Shown here: positions 1-13,657 of the stretch, piece after piece
Numbering within the stretch: position 1 is the first letter of the stretch
How the letters are laid out: the number at the start of each line of letters is the position of its first letter
Assembly (NCBI GenBank): GCA_051294375.1
Contig: CM119266.1
Span: forward strand, 16,238,087-16,302,086
Length of the DNA stretch: 64,000 bases
DNA from: Paraspadella gotoi
Lineage: Eukaryota; Animalia; Chaetognatha
Direction of reading: 5' to 3'
Program-made: the position numbers and the translations under genes
The notes under the pieces: model-generated
The model's input: the letters and a program-made list of their open reading frames with translations, nothing else
What the model was told of the DNA's origin: nothing
Databases searched by the model: none

Positions 1-130
1 ACGGTTGGGGTTTCTGGGTGTGTTGGAGTCGCCCGGATTTTCTCGTCTCAAAATGTAATGAAAAAAACGACACAGACCGTGAAGTGGGTAAAGGGGAGGT
101 GTAAAGTTTTCGATTGGGGAGGGAAGCGAG

Positions 131-1055
<925 letters not shown>

Positions 1056-1414
1056 AGTATTTCCGCTTCCCTCAGCGCCTTTTTCCTTCCTTCTTCTCAT
1101 CCGTCATTTCTCCTGTCGACTGTGTTGATGAATTTTGAATTGACCCGCGCTCACGGCGACTGGATGACCAGAACGAGGCCGGCGGAAGCGGAATGGACGA
1201 ATCCGATGGAAGCGGAAACTCGCAAGCAGAAAAAAAGGTCAAACCAGGAAAACGAAAAGCTGGTTATTGGAGAGGAATAAACTGGAAACATGTTTAAAAA
1301 AAAACTAATAATTTGAAACACGTTATGACCACGCCAATGAAAAACGACTAAAGAAAAAGGGAACAAAACTGTCTCAACTTACTCTCTCTCTGCTCTCTCT
1401 CTCTCTCTCTCTCT

Positions 1415-1495
<81 letters not shown>

Positions 1496-1710
1496 GCTTA
1501 ATTTGTTCGCAATTTGCAACGCGCAAAAAAGGAGAGCGCTGACGACGTTGAGATTAGTTAAACTAAAAACGCCTTCTTCTTAGGAATATAGATTAATTTA
1601 GAAATGTTAACGTATTCATAATTAAAAAAACCGTTTTTCGGAAACAAGCGAACGCTTTTACTCTCATTATGTTTATCTCGGCCGCAATTAATCTATTTTT
1701 ATTCCGCAAG

Positions 1711-1893
1711 AGGCGCAGAAATCGCGGCTTTTCGTGACAAATGATCATCGCCGCGAGAGCCCGGTCAAAGACGTGGACGACGACGTCGACGATGACGCCA
1801 ACCCCGATGACAATGACGCCGTCAACGCCGGCTCCTTCACCTCGGCGAAATCATCAATTCCGGCGTCGATTGACGCGGCGTCGAATGATGAAT
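1711..1893 (+). CDS. Putative acidic exon of an unknown gene
   Basis: GC-rich open frame EAQKSRLFVTNDHRRESPVKDVDDDVDDDANPDDND... bounded by aag| and |gttaga. A possible partner exon lies at ~1140-1237 but the phases do not match as assembled. Confidence 0.3.
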
Positions 1894-2360
1894 GGTTAGA
1901 GTTTCCATCGCAAAGGAATGAAAAAAATCTTTTTCTGGGTTTCAGAACTGAAACGAAGTCTTTACTTTAGGAAAATTGATACTTTGACGATGAATTCAAA
2001 GCTTTGGGTTAATTTAAAGGCGTTTAGAACTATGGACGACGTATTTAATTGATAAAATTGATATTGATTTTAAAGAAAGGCTAATAAAAAACAAAATTAC
2101 AACTTGGTATTTTCCTTCTTTTTTTTCAGTCGATCGATTTCTTTCTGTTTTCTAACCCTGTTTTCTAATTCGACTCTACTTTCATCTCTTCTCATTTCTT
2201 CTTCATCCTCTTTCCTCTCACTTCTCCCTATTTCTTCTCACTTCTCCCTTCACCTCGACCTCTTTCGGACGACTTCCCCTTCTCTCCATCCCATTTCGAT
2301 CCATTGTACTTTCGTCCTATCTATCTATCTATCTATCTATTCTGTTTATATCTTCTATCT

Positions 2361-2411
2361 AGACTTGTGAAGACTTGTGGAAAGACTTGTGAAAACTTGT
2401 GAAGACTTGTG
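2361..2411. repeat. Short tandem repeat AGACTTGTG(A/G), five copies
   Basis: Directly visible 10-12 bp units. Confidence 0.8.
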
Positions 2412-2987
2412 TTTGACTGGGAACGTGTACGAAGTGTAGTGGCTGTAGACGGGGAAATACAGNNNNNNNNNNNNNNNNNNNNNNNNNGGGAGAGAAGGGA
2501 GAGAGAGAGAGAGTGGAGAGGAGAGAGAGAGTTAGCGAACACGACCGGAATTCTCCTCCAAAAAAACGAAAAAAAAAAGAAAAGATTTACATTGGGCGGT
2601 GTCAGAGCAGGGTTCTGAGGTCCAGATATCGAAAAAAGGCTGCTTAAAGCCCATATACGCACCTCGTTTTGATGTTGAGGGCAAGGAGAAGGAACATGGA
2701 AGAGATAGAGACGAGCGAGGGAAGAATGGAAATTAGGTTTAAGGAGTCGCTGAAGGCCTAACGCGAAGAGACTAAGCTGTTCCCAGTTTCCCTTCTTAGA
2801 TTGGCAGCCTGCTTCCTTTTAACAAAGAAAAACCACAAAACGATAATAATTTGTCCGGTTTCGACGACGAGACTTTCAGGTTTCTAAACGAGCACACAAA
2901 GCGACGAAGCGACGACGAAGAGACGACAATCGACGACTCCGACGAACGAACGATATAGGTCGAAATTCATGGGGGCAAAAAATAGGA

Positions 2988-3024
<37 letters not shown>

Positions 3025-4823
3025 CAATAGAAAGGATCTTAGAGAGGATCTTAAGTAGCAGAGATATTATGCAATGAAGAGTGAGTCAGGTCATATTTAA
3101 AAATAAGAGCGAGATAAAAAAGGTTTGTTTGCGCCACCATGGAGGTGACCAGCCTAATAACGGGTATACAAAGGACTAAAAAGAAAATTAACATAGACGA
3201 GACTTCACGTAAGAGCAATGACCAAAGAGTTGACAGGAGTGAAAACAGTATTATAAAATGGAGCCATCGCGCTGGAGCAAAAAGGAAAAAAGTTTTCTCA
3301 GAGCAAAATCCCTCCATCTTCCCCCCCCCCATTCGCCCCCGCTACCCCTCATCGAGACCGTGTCGCCCACGCGCTCAGAAGACTCCGCTACCTTCCGACT
3401 CAGCGTCGCGGAAAAAAAAAAATTCCGTTTCTCTTCGTAACAAAAACTTTTTCTCGCATCAAACTGCGCGTAACGCGGGAAGATGGCCGGAGCGTTACTC
3501 TCCCGCCACCTCTTGCCCAATCCCATTACTCTCCATTATCTTCTCGTCTCACCCGGATCCTAAGTCCCAGCTTCTTCCCACATCCAGGTTCGCTTTGTCG
3601 TCACGAGGCCGCTTGCCGACTCCGCCGCCGCCGACGCCGCCGCCGACGTCGGGGCAATAATCGACTTTTAACACCTAAACGTTGGACATCGTCGTCGTCG
3701 TCGTCGTCGTTTATGGAGCGAAGAGACCGAATCCCGTCGCTTTTCTTCTCCGTCTTCATCTTCTTTGCCCTCTACTATCACCCGATCCCCACCCACCCAC
3801 CACCTGCTCACACCCCTGCCCCCCTCGCGAGGGGCAAAGAGACATCAACGCTCGTCCGACGTTCCTCTCTTTCCTTTCTGAACAAACTCCTCCGCATTCG
3901 AACCCCCGACATCAAGATTGTCGAGAAAAACGAATATATTTTTTTTGTGACAAATAACTTCCGCGTTTGGCTATGCTCTTACTAATGATAGAGCAAGCTT
4001 TTCGCCAACTTTGATTGCTTCCAAAAATCTACGCGGCTTTTTTAAAAAGCCTCCAAAGCTTANNNNNNNNNNNNNNNNNNNNNNNNNCTTTTCGTTTGCT
4101 GTTTTTTTTTAGTTTTAGTCATTGTATGATTTATTTTCATTTGTTGTTTGCATTTAGAGACGCATAATAACTTTTTAACTGGTTAACAATAACGAAATAA
4201 TGTCTTTTACATAAAAATGGACATTTTCGAACTAATTGTGAGCCTTCATCGTTGTTTAACAATTAAAATGTTATCATTAATTATCATATTGTTTTTAATC
4301 CATAATTTGTTTACTTCACTTTTTCAATTTGCGGTTGATTGAAGAATTAACAAAGCCAATCTATCATTATTACAGAACAATTAGGTTTCGATTAATTTTA
4401 TTAATTAATTGACATGTTTGATTTAAAAAAACTTATAAACAAAAAGGCAATTCTTTAAGAAGTCTTGGAAGTTAAGTTTTCCCTCTCAAAAGTTCTCTGT
4501 TTATCTTTTATAAATGAAGCTAGTTTTTGATTATGATCAGTAAATTAAACAAATCAATAGAGACGTATATTATACCATATCAAAAAATGAGGTCCTGGTT
4601 CATGTTGCCTCAAACACAAAAAAGGATTCAATCGTCCAATCTATGAAATTGGTTACAACCAATATAAAAAATGTATGTATGTATTTGCTATTTCAAATTT
4701 AGTAATATTTATTAGATCGTATTTAATTTTTCTTTCATGATTCATTCAAATCATAATATACTTAAATCATTGATTCATGAAATATGCAATGGATCCCTGT
4801 TCACTTTATCTATATGGTATATA

Positions 4824-4983
4824 GGTGTAGCAGGATTGTGCCCACGTATTATTGGCGCCCATAAAACTTGCGCCCCCTAGTGATTGCACCCATGTAGCAT
4901 TGGGCCCACATACAACTTCACCCACTAGTATTCCGCCCACGTATTCCCACGTATTCCTACGTGGGGTACAATCCGTGAGAACC
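4824..4983. mobile_element. MITE-like element with imperfect TIRs, TA flanks and internal GCCCAC tandem subrepeats
   Basis: Left end TA|GGTGTAGCAGGATTGTGCCCACGTA; right end reverse-complemented TA|GGTTCTCACGGATTGTACCCCACGTA. It is a GC-richer island in AT-rich DNA. Confidence 0.6.
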
Positions 4984-5799
4984 TAGTTGACTAAAAAATT
5001 ACTTTAAAAATATAGACAAAATATTCATTAATAATTTAAATAATTTAAATTCTTTCTTTGCAGTTAATTTTTAAAATAATTTTTTTTTTATTAGATTATT
5101 ATTATTAAATTTATAAATATTTAATATTAGTATTATTTTTTTTTTTTTTAATTACTTTTATTAGTCTATTTTTAATCTTGCTATCAAGCTCTTTTCCATT
5201 ATTACCTATTTATTAAAGCACGTATTAATAGTAACTTAAACGGAATGAATTATACAAATTATAATACAATTCTATATTTTATTATATGAATAGGAACTTA
5301 AACAGGCAAAATAGTTAATATTTTATTTTATGCAAAAATCTCTTTGAATCCTCATTTGGTAAGAAAAAAGAAGCATTTCAAGATCTCATTTACAATTGCT
5401 ATTTTGTCTTTATTTATATTAGTATAAATACTATAAATTATTTATATTTATAGAAAATATTAGTATCTCACACTACTTAATATTCAAAATTAATTTATTT
5501 ATATTACAATAATAAAACGTTTAAAATTACGCGAATAAAGAGCGTCAATCGTCTATTGACAAATTCGATCGTAAGCTAATTGCATAATTTAGAGCCAGAA
5601 TATAAAAATCGGATCGGAGATCTCTCATGTTGAGAACTTTCAAAATCGAATAAAAGGTGTTTTACAATTAAAGTCATATATATGTGTGATCACTTGTGTG
5701 AACGTTTTTGAAAATCTGAATCCATCTTGATACACTTAATCCAACTTGAATTTCTCACTCCTGCCCACAATTTCCTTTCCAAAAAGTCGGAATAAATTT

Positions 5800-6000
5800 T
5801 AACCAATCGGCGACGGCGACGAATTTAACTCGTCCAATAAAAATTCCTATAAAAACTCCATTAGGTCGACCATCACATTCTCAGGTCGAGTAACAAATTC
5901 TACATTCGGAACGCCGCCTGTCTCCGACCGCCGCCGCGCCTGCCGCCGCCGTCGCCGCCGTCGCCGCCGCGGGCTGGCGACGCTTCGTCCAATCAGGCGT
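5800..6000 (+). promoter_or_regulatory. CCAAT-box-rich, CpG-rich promoter-like segment
   Basis: CCAAT at ~5803, ~5835 and ~5989 around a (GCC)n tract; a candidate first-exon donor GTGAGT at ~6537. Confidence 0.35.
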
Positions 6001-6226
6001 TCACTCCTCCTCTCACTCAAAACCTTTCGAGCGACGAAAGTCGTTTTAAATATAATTGGGCGGGAGAGAGAAGTGGATGGTAAAAGAGGCAGAAAGGAAG
6101 ACGCCAGAGAGAGAGAAGAGGAGAGGAGAGAGAGAGAGAGAGACGAAGAGGAGAGAGAGAGAGAGAGAGAGACCAGCAGAGGAAAAAAAGTTTTTAACCT
6201 TGTTTCGTTCTCTCTCTCTCCTCCTC

Positions 6227-6260
<34 letters not shown>

Positions 6261-6668
6261 GTCTCTCTCTCTCCTCAGTCTCTCTCTCCTCTCTATCTCT
6301 CTCTATCTCTCTCTCGCGAGGGCAGAGAGAATTTTTTTTTCTGGGGAGGGATAACTATTTTTGTAAGATCGTGGAGGCGGAAGAAGGAACGCGAACTCCA
6401 ACGCATTTCCCGAGTTTTTTACCGCCATCTCGTGGACTGGAGCGGAAGATGCTGTCCGAGAGCGAGGCGTACATCAGCAGCCGTGCGGAGCGGTGCACGC
6501 CGCGCCGCGCGCGGCGGTGAGGGCAAGAGTGTGAAAGTGAGTGAGAGAAGAATAGAAAGATTCCTCTCTCTTATTAATGCGTTTGAGGTGGGAGCGGGCG
6601 TCTGTGGGAGACAGAATTCGTTTTTTTCGAAGGAATTGTTATCCCGGAAAAACTGAATCATTGGGACG

Positions 6669-6807
6669 TAAGGAAAAAGTTTAAATTGTGATGCAGCAAC
6701 TAGTTTATTTATAAACGGACATGTTTCGATTCGATTTACGAACCTTCTTCAGCGCGTTTATAAATAAATAAACTCGTTGCTGCATCACAATTTAAACTTT
6801 TTCTTTA
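6669..6807. mobile_element. MITE-like fold-back element with about 45-bp terminal inverted repeats
   Basis: GAAAAAGTTTAAATTGTGATGCAGCAAC...GTTGCTGCATCACAATTTAAACTTTTTC. Partial copies at ~8860-8888, ~10162-10267 and ~10603-10695 may be assembly duplicates. Confidence 0.6.
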
Positions 6808-6961
6808 TAATATAATTTAAAATAATTTATATCCCAATATTTTAAGGAAAACACCTTTCAGTCCGTCTGTCCCAGATTACTTTAGGTACAAAGTATTGGT
6901 AATCTGTCATCCGAATCATTTCTGAATCAATTCTAANNNNNNNNNNNNNNNNNNNNNNNNN

Positions 6962-9900
6962 CTCTCTATTTGATTGCGTCCTTTTCTTGTTCCCGCCTAC
7001 TTACATTATATCGCAGACGCTTCGTCTGACTTCTCTTTCTCTATTTTTTTTCTCTCTTTCTCTTCTTCTCTCTTCTCGCTCTTCTTTTTCCCTCGTCTAT
7101 CTCTCCTGTCTCTCCTCTCGTCCCTTCTCCTTTGGGATTACTTTGTACACCATTGCTCAAAATTTTGCTTTATCTTACCTCCACTTCACTTGTTTGCACT
7201 GGTCTGTTCTGTCTTGGTTTTCAGCGCCTTACCCCTCGCTCTCTGGCTCAGCTCACTTTTCCTCAGCTCCCTTGGTTGAATCAACTTCATCACTCAACTC
7301 TGCTCTCTACTTCTGTCGCCTTCCCTCCTCTCCCTCCTCTCTCCTCCTCTCTTCACATATTCGATACCGTCTAATACTCGAAAAATCTAAACTAGGTACC
7401 TGTAATTCGACTTATTTATCTCGAACAGCGTCTCACAGAGAACTGCTTTAATCACTTGAGAACTCTTAAATTTTTTGGCTAGACCATGCATCTTGCCTCT
7501 CCTTATAGAGAGATTTCAGTTTTTTATGGTTGTGATGCAAAGAAAGCGCTGGAATTCAAAGAATACTGCACAAGTGGAGATTCCAATCCACAAGTAATGT
7601 TACAAACTAAAACTAGATTGTACTTTTTTTATTTTAGCAATGAATATACACAAAAATCGTTTGTATTGGGCAGATTGAACAACCGTAAGGATTCACACTT
7701 TCCAAGCTGTATGCACATATGCGACCTTCTAATATTCAGCACATCAACTGCTTCTTCTTTAGTAAGCAATGCTGAGTCTACGAATGACCTGAGGAAGCCG
7801 AAGACAGAGAGATACCTACCATATCACAACTTATAACGTTACGATAAGATATTTATAGTTATGGAGGGCTTCGAACGTCGAGAACTACAAATATGGGTTG
7901 CGAATTGTGTGAAACAGCGAACAAAACTCGGCATAGCGAGAGTATAAAGAGGTACTAATATTTATATGGCATTTGAAAAATATTCTAAGACTGTTCAAAA
8001 GAGTTAAAGAAATAGTTCGTAACTTCAAGTTTGGTGTCCATGTATTTTAGAGTGAGTCAACTTGAGAAGTAAATACACATATTAATTAAGAAAATAGGTA
8101 TTAATTAATATGTTGTATTACTTCCAATAACCATTAAAATACGATTGATTTATTTTTCATTTATTTTTCAGATAATCTAATCTTACTCGGTTTTTGTCGT
8201 CAAACAAATCATAGACTGAAGCTATAAAAATAAAAATTTAAGTCATAAGATAAAACACCTCGATCGATTCTCAATCGANNNNNNNNNNAAAACGACTTTC
8301 GGTCGCTCGAAAGGTTTTGAGTGAGAGGAGGAGTGAACGCTGATTGGACGAAGCGTCGCCAGCCGCGGCGGCGACGGCGGCGACGGCGGCGGCAGCGGCG
8401 GCGGTCGAGACAGCGGCGTCCGAATTTAGAATTTGTTACTCGCACCTGAGAATGTGATGGTCGACCTAATGGGAGTTTTATAGGATTTTTATTGGACGAG
8501 TTAAATTCGTCGCCGTCGCCGATTGGTTAAAATTTATTCGACTTTTTGGAAAGGAAATTGGTGCAGGAGTGAGAAATTCAAGCTTGGATGGTTCGGGGAC
8601 TTGGGCTTTCAACAAAGCAACAATGTCTCAGTCACGATAGGTGTAAGTTGCGGTCTTCTTGGCTGAGGAGACCCCGGATACTAAAAAAAGGAAATCTTAT
8701 TTCCCTCTCGATATTTCATAAAAATTATGGTTTAGTGGATATAGTAGATACATACATACCTTTGATTTTCTCTGTTTGTCCCTCAAGCATAAAAAACATA
8801 AAAATATTATAATATAATTGTGATAATTTCCTTTCTTTTTCGTTGCGTTTGGGACGTAAGGAAAAAGTTTAAATTGTGATGCAGCAACTCTCTATTTGAT
8901 TGCGTCCTTTTCTTGTTCCCGCCTACTTACATTATATCGCAGACGCTTCGTCTGACTTCTCTTTCTCTATTTTTTTTCTCTCTTTCTCTTCTTCTCTCTT
9001 CTCGCTCTTCTTTTTCCCTCGTCTATCTCTCCTGTCTCTCCTCTCGTCCCTTCTCCTTTGGGATTACTTTGTACACCATTGCTCAAAATTTTGCTTTATC
9101 TTACCTCCACTTCACTTGTTTGCACTGGTCTGTTCTGTCTTGGTTTTCAGCGCCTTACCCCTCGCTCTCTGGCTCAGCTCACTTTTCCTCAGCTCCCTTG
9201 GTTGAATCAACTTCATCACTCAACTCTGCTCTCTACTTCTGTCGCCTTCCCTCCTCTCCCTCCTCTCTCCTCCTCTCTTCACATATTCGATACCGTCTAA
9301 TACTCGAAAAATCTAAACTAGGTACCTGTAATTCGACTTATTTATCTCGAACAGCGTCTCACAGAGAACTGCTTTAATCACTTGAGAACTCTTAAATTTT
9401 TTGGCTAGACCATGCATCTTGCCTCTCCTTATAGAGAGATTTCAGTTTTTTATGGTTGTGATGCAAAGAAAGCGCTGGAATTCAAAGAATACTGCACAAG
9501 TGGAGATTCCAATCCACAAGTAATGTTACAAACTAAAACTAGATTGTACTTTTTTTATTTTAGCAATGAATATACACAAAAATCGTTTGTATTGGGCAGA
9601 TTGAACAACCGTAAGGATTCACACTTTCCAAGCTGTATGCACATATGCGACCTTCTAATATTCAGCACATCAACTGCTTCTTCTTTAGTAAGCAATGCTG
9701 AGTCTACGAATGACCTGAGGAAGCCGAAGACAGAGAGATACCTACCATATCACAACTTATAACGTTACGATAAGATATTTATAGTTATGGAGGGCTTCGA
9801 ACGTCGAGAACTACAAATATGGGTTGCGAATTGTGTGAAACAGCGAACAAAACTCGGCATAGCGAGAGTATAAAGAGGTACTAATATTTATATGGCATTT

Positions 9901-10027
9901 GAAAAATATTCTAAGACTGTTCAAAAGAGTTAAAGAAATAGTTCGTAACTTCAAGTTTGGTGTCCATGTATTTTAGAGTGAGTCAACTTGAGAAGTAATA
10001 CAACATATTAATTAAGAAAATAGGTAT
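6962..10027 (+). repeat. Direct duplication of about 1.14 kb (6962-~8100 and 8888-~10027)
   Basis: Identical ORF sets offset by 1926 bp; the first copy begins at a 25-N gap. Confidence 0.9.
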
Positions 10028-11879
10028 TTAGAATTGATTTAGAAATGATTCTGAACAGATTACCATACTTTGTAATTTGTACTAAAGTAATCTGGGAAGA
10101 CGACTGAAAGGTGTTTTCCTTAAAATATGGGATATAATTATTTTTAAATTATATTATAAGAGAAAAAGTTTAAATTGTGATGCAGCAACGAGTTATTTAT
10201 TTATAAACGCGCTGAAGAAGGTTCGTAAACCGAATCGAAACAGTTCCGTTTATAAATAAACCGTTGCNNNNNNNNNNNNNNNNNNNNNNNNNTCGAGTTA
10301 TCCTTATGACTTAAATTTCTTATTATTTATAAGCCACTTCAGTCTATGATTTGTTTGACGACAGAAAACCGAGTAAGATTCAGATTATCTGAAAAATAAA
10401 TGAAAAATAAATCAATCTATTTTAATGGTTATTGGAAGTAATACAACATATTATTAAAAAATGAGGTATTAGAATTGATTCAGAAATGATTCGGATTGAC
10501 AGATTACCAATACTTTGTACCTAAAGTAATCTGGGACAACAGACTGAAAGAGTGTTTTCCTTAAAATATGGGATATAAATTATTTTTAAATTATATTATA
10601 AAGAAAAAGTTTAAATTGTCGATGCAGCAACGAGTTATTTATTTATAAACGCGCTGAAGAAGGTTCGTAAATCGAATCGAAACATTGTCCGTTTATCTCT
10701 CTCTTTTCGATTCTCAATCGAAACTTTTACTTTTTCAAAACGAAACTTTTTTCCCGAAAAAAAGAACAGGTTTTCACTTCACAATTTCCATCCAATGGGA
10801 GGAGGAAGAGGAAGAGCGGACCGGAAGTGAGAGACCGACGCCTCGATTCCTGCGCGGAGCTCGCGTTTCCCAGGTGAACCTCACGTGAGCTAGCGGGCAC
10901 GCGCGTCGGAGAGAGAGAGAGAGAGCGCGAGCGCGCGAAACCTGGCAGGAGAGAGAGAAAGAGGAGGGGAGGCGCGCCCGACGGAGGGAGAGTGAGACGC
11001 GGAAGAGGAAGAGAAGGCGCCGTCGGCGGGCGGGGACGGAAGCGGCGGCGATCTTACTTTTACGCGCAGGTGAGACGATGGAGAGAGATAGAGAGAGAGA
11101 CAAAGCGAGAAAGAGAGATGGAAAGAGTAAAAAGTTACCGCTATCGATGGCGAGAAAGGTTTGAAGTTATAAGTTGACCGCGAAAACAGTACGTATCCTT
11201 AAATAAGTGCTTAATCATTTTTAATCAAATTTTAATTGTTTACTTATATCTTATGCTTTTATCAATATAGCTACACCCATTAGCAAATCCATGAAAATAA
11301 AATATATCATTCTATTTAAAGAATATCAAAATTTAAATTAATCGTTACTCAATACTCATTATTCTCCCAACTGTCAGAAAATCGTTTTAATATAAAATAA
11401 ACTACTGAAAAACTAGAGTTCGCGGGAGACTCGTTGGCGAATCGAAACGTTCTCATCAGCAAATAGCTCCTCTTCAAATGGCGACTTACTTCAAAGGAGA
11501 CTGACCTCCTCCGAGGCGCGACTCACCCTCGGAGCGAATTGGGGCGGATGCGACCTCATTTCCACTCGATTCTCGATCCTTTGCGCCGAGAAAATGAAAC
11601 GGAACATTCATCAAAAATTCGCTCGCTTCAAAATTCTCTTCGAAATTTGCTGAATTCAAATCGCCGTTCCTTCGTCGCTGCCCTCGACCTCTCCTGCTCC
11701 TCCTCCTCCTCCTCCTCCTACCTCTCTCACCTCTCCACCTTGCACCCCTCGTCAATCCTCACCCCTTCTTACCTCCCCCACCCCTATTCCCCCTTCCTCG
11801 CCCCTTCCCGTAAAAAGAAAACCATTTGATCCTTACCCTCTAAGGTTGAGGGTTTAATTTCTCGCCCCGTCAGCTCCGA

Positions 11880-12203
11880 TCTCCTCATTGGTCAGTCTCT
11901 CACGGGGTTCCCGCTCCTTATTGGTCCGAAGTAGCCCTTGGCGTTGAACTTGATGGGTCAAAGATTTTTTTCACAATTTCGTTTACTTTCTTTTTTCTCT
12001 CTCTCTCTTTCTATCTTTCTCTCTCTCTCTCTGTCTCTTTCTCTCTCTCATTCTTCCTATTTTCCTTCGCGGCGCGTTTACTTATTTTCAGGTTTTAGAA
12101 GGAGAGAGAGATACGAGAGAGAGAGAGGAGTGGAGAAGGATGAGGAGGAGAGAGAGAGAGTAGGGAGATGAGGGAGATGGAGAGAGAGCGAGAAGTTCGA
12201 GAG

Positions 12204-12285
<82 letters not shown>

Positions 12286-12375
12286 AGAGAGACTCAATTT
12301 CTTAATGGTCGTTCGCTCGGCCTGACCGCTTTTGATCTTTCCAAACCAAAAGCGGGGGCGGGGGCGGGGGGCTGA
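11880..12375. promoter_or_regulatory. Promoter-like segment with reverse CCAAT boxes and tandem GC boxes
   Basis: ATTGG at ~11888 and ~11920; GGGGCGGGGGCGGGGG at ~12354-12372. Candidate donors lie on both sides (CTCAC ~11522 on minus; GTGAGT ~12538 and ~12556 on plus). Confidence 0.3.
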
Positions 12376-13414
12376 GCGTCGGGTAAGGGGTGGTTGTGCA
12401 GAAAAAAAAGTTTAAAAAATTTCTTTCTTTTTGAATTTTAACTTTGAACCCAATTTTCTTGAAAAACTGTCCGCGCGACTCGGCGTCGGTGAGTGAAAGG
12501 GTAAGGGAAGTGGGACTACGGGGTTAATGGTTCGTGGGTGAGTGAGCTCGAGGAGGTGAGTTTTTCGAGGAAAGGTTTGGACTAAAAAAAATTTCAAAAC
12601 ATTAGATTTAAAAAAAAAACAGAAAACTTTGGGACGTTTTCCAGAATGGGAGACAAAAAGGGAAAAAAGTGGAAAACGTGTGAGCGCAAAGTTAATGAAA
12701 AAATTCGTTAAGTCTAAACTCCTCGGCGGAAGGTCTGACAAGGCCCTTCTCAAGGGCTAAGAATTAAGAAATTGTATGGGTTTGCAAGTTGACGATGGAA
12801 TATCTGGGATATAACGCAAATGCTGGCGAAGTCAATGTCGTGTAATGACTTTTGAAAACCGCATGCTTGGCAAGAGCGTTCCGACTGTTCCTCAAGTCAC
12901 AGGGTTGGGCTGAATAGAAAACGGCGAAAGGGGATGAAGAGGCGTGGTCGCCGCCGACGATGACGACGATGACGACGACGACGACGACGACGAACCGGCG
13001 GTCATTCGTCGAGGTCCCGTTTTTGATGGAATTCCGCTCACGAGCAGAAAATTGAAGAAAAATTATCTTTTTTTTTTCTTTTTTTTTTCTCTTTTCCTTT
13101 ATTCCTTTTTTTAACTAAAATTCTTTTTCCTTTCTTATGGCGTCTAACGTCCGATGACCTAGGAGAAATGAGAGGAAAGCTAAGGAGGAAAGGGAGGAAG
13201 GGGAAAGAGAGAGAGGAGCTAAAAAAAGGAGATGTGGAGGAAGAAAGGAAAATTTATACAGAACCCGGAAAAAAAGGAAAAACAAAGATGGAAGTTAAAC
13301 AAGAATGGTAATTCCAATGTGTTGCGCCGCAGTGTCTTTATTTTCATGTGCATTTCCCTTTGATCACATGATATGACACAACATGATTAAAAAACTTTCT
13401 TCATTCGTATATTT

Positions 13415-13657
13415 ATGACATGCATCAAAATTCCGTCTTTTATTCCTTATAGTTTTACGAATTCCTGATAGCGGCGCTTGCAGTCCCTAAGATTTAAGGT
13501 TTTTTCTTCCAACTACAGGCAAATTATATGCATTTTTAAGTATTTATTTTTATATTCAATGTAAGTAGGACAGACCGACAGACGGACATACCGACCGACG
13601 GACCGACTGACAGACCGACCGAAAAGTGACTTATATAAAAAACGCACGGGACTCAAA
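13415..13657 (+). mobile_element. Helentron-associated (HINE/DINE-like) non-autonomous element remnant
   Basis: Similar to 22255-22478 (TTCCTGA..GCGCT.GCAGTC.CT.AGATTT.AGGTTTTTTCTT; GTAGGACAGACCGA). A (GACC/GACA)n tract is followed by AAAAGTGACTTATA and an A-rich end. Confidence 0.55.

Larger units (their letters stand above)
5740..8590. repeat. Inverted duplication of about 300 bp (5740-6047 and 8289-8590)
   Basis: Reverse-complement match differing mainly by 1-bp indels; the second copy starts at a 10-N gap. Confidence 0.85.

Noticed and set aside
7486-7836. 116-aa ORF ending LRKPKTERYLPY, loosely like the Penelope RKPT..DRYL motif
   Set aside because: No reverse-transcriptase or GIY-YIG motifs nearby, and it lies in a noisy duplicated block; probably chance.
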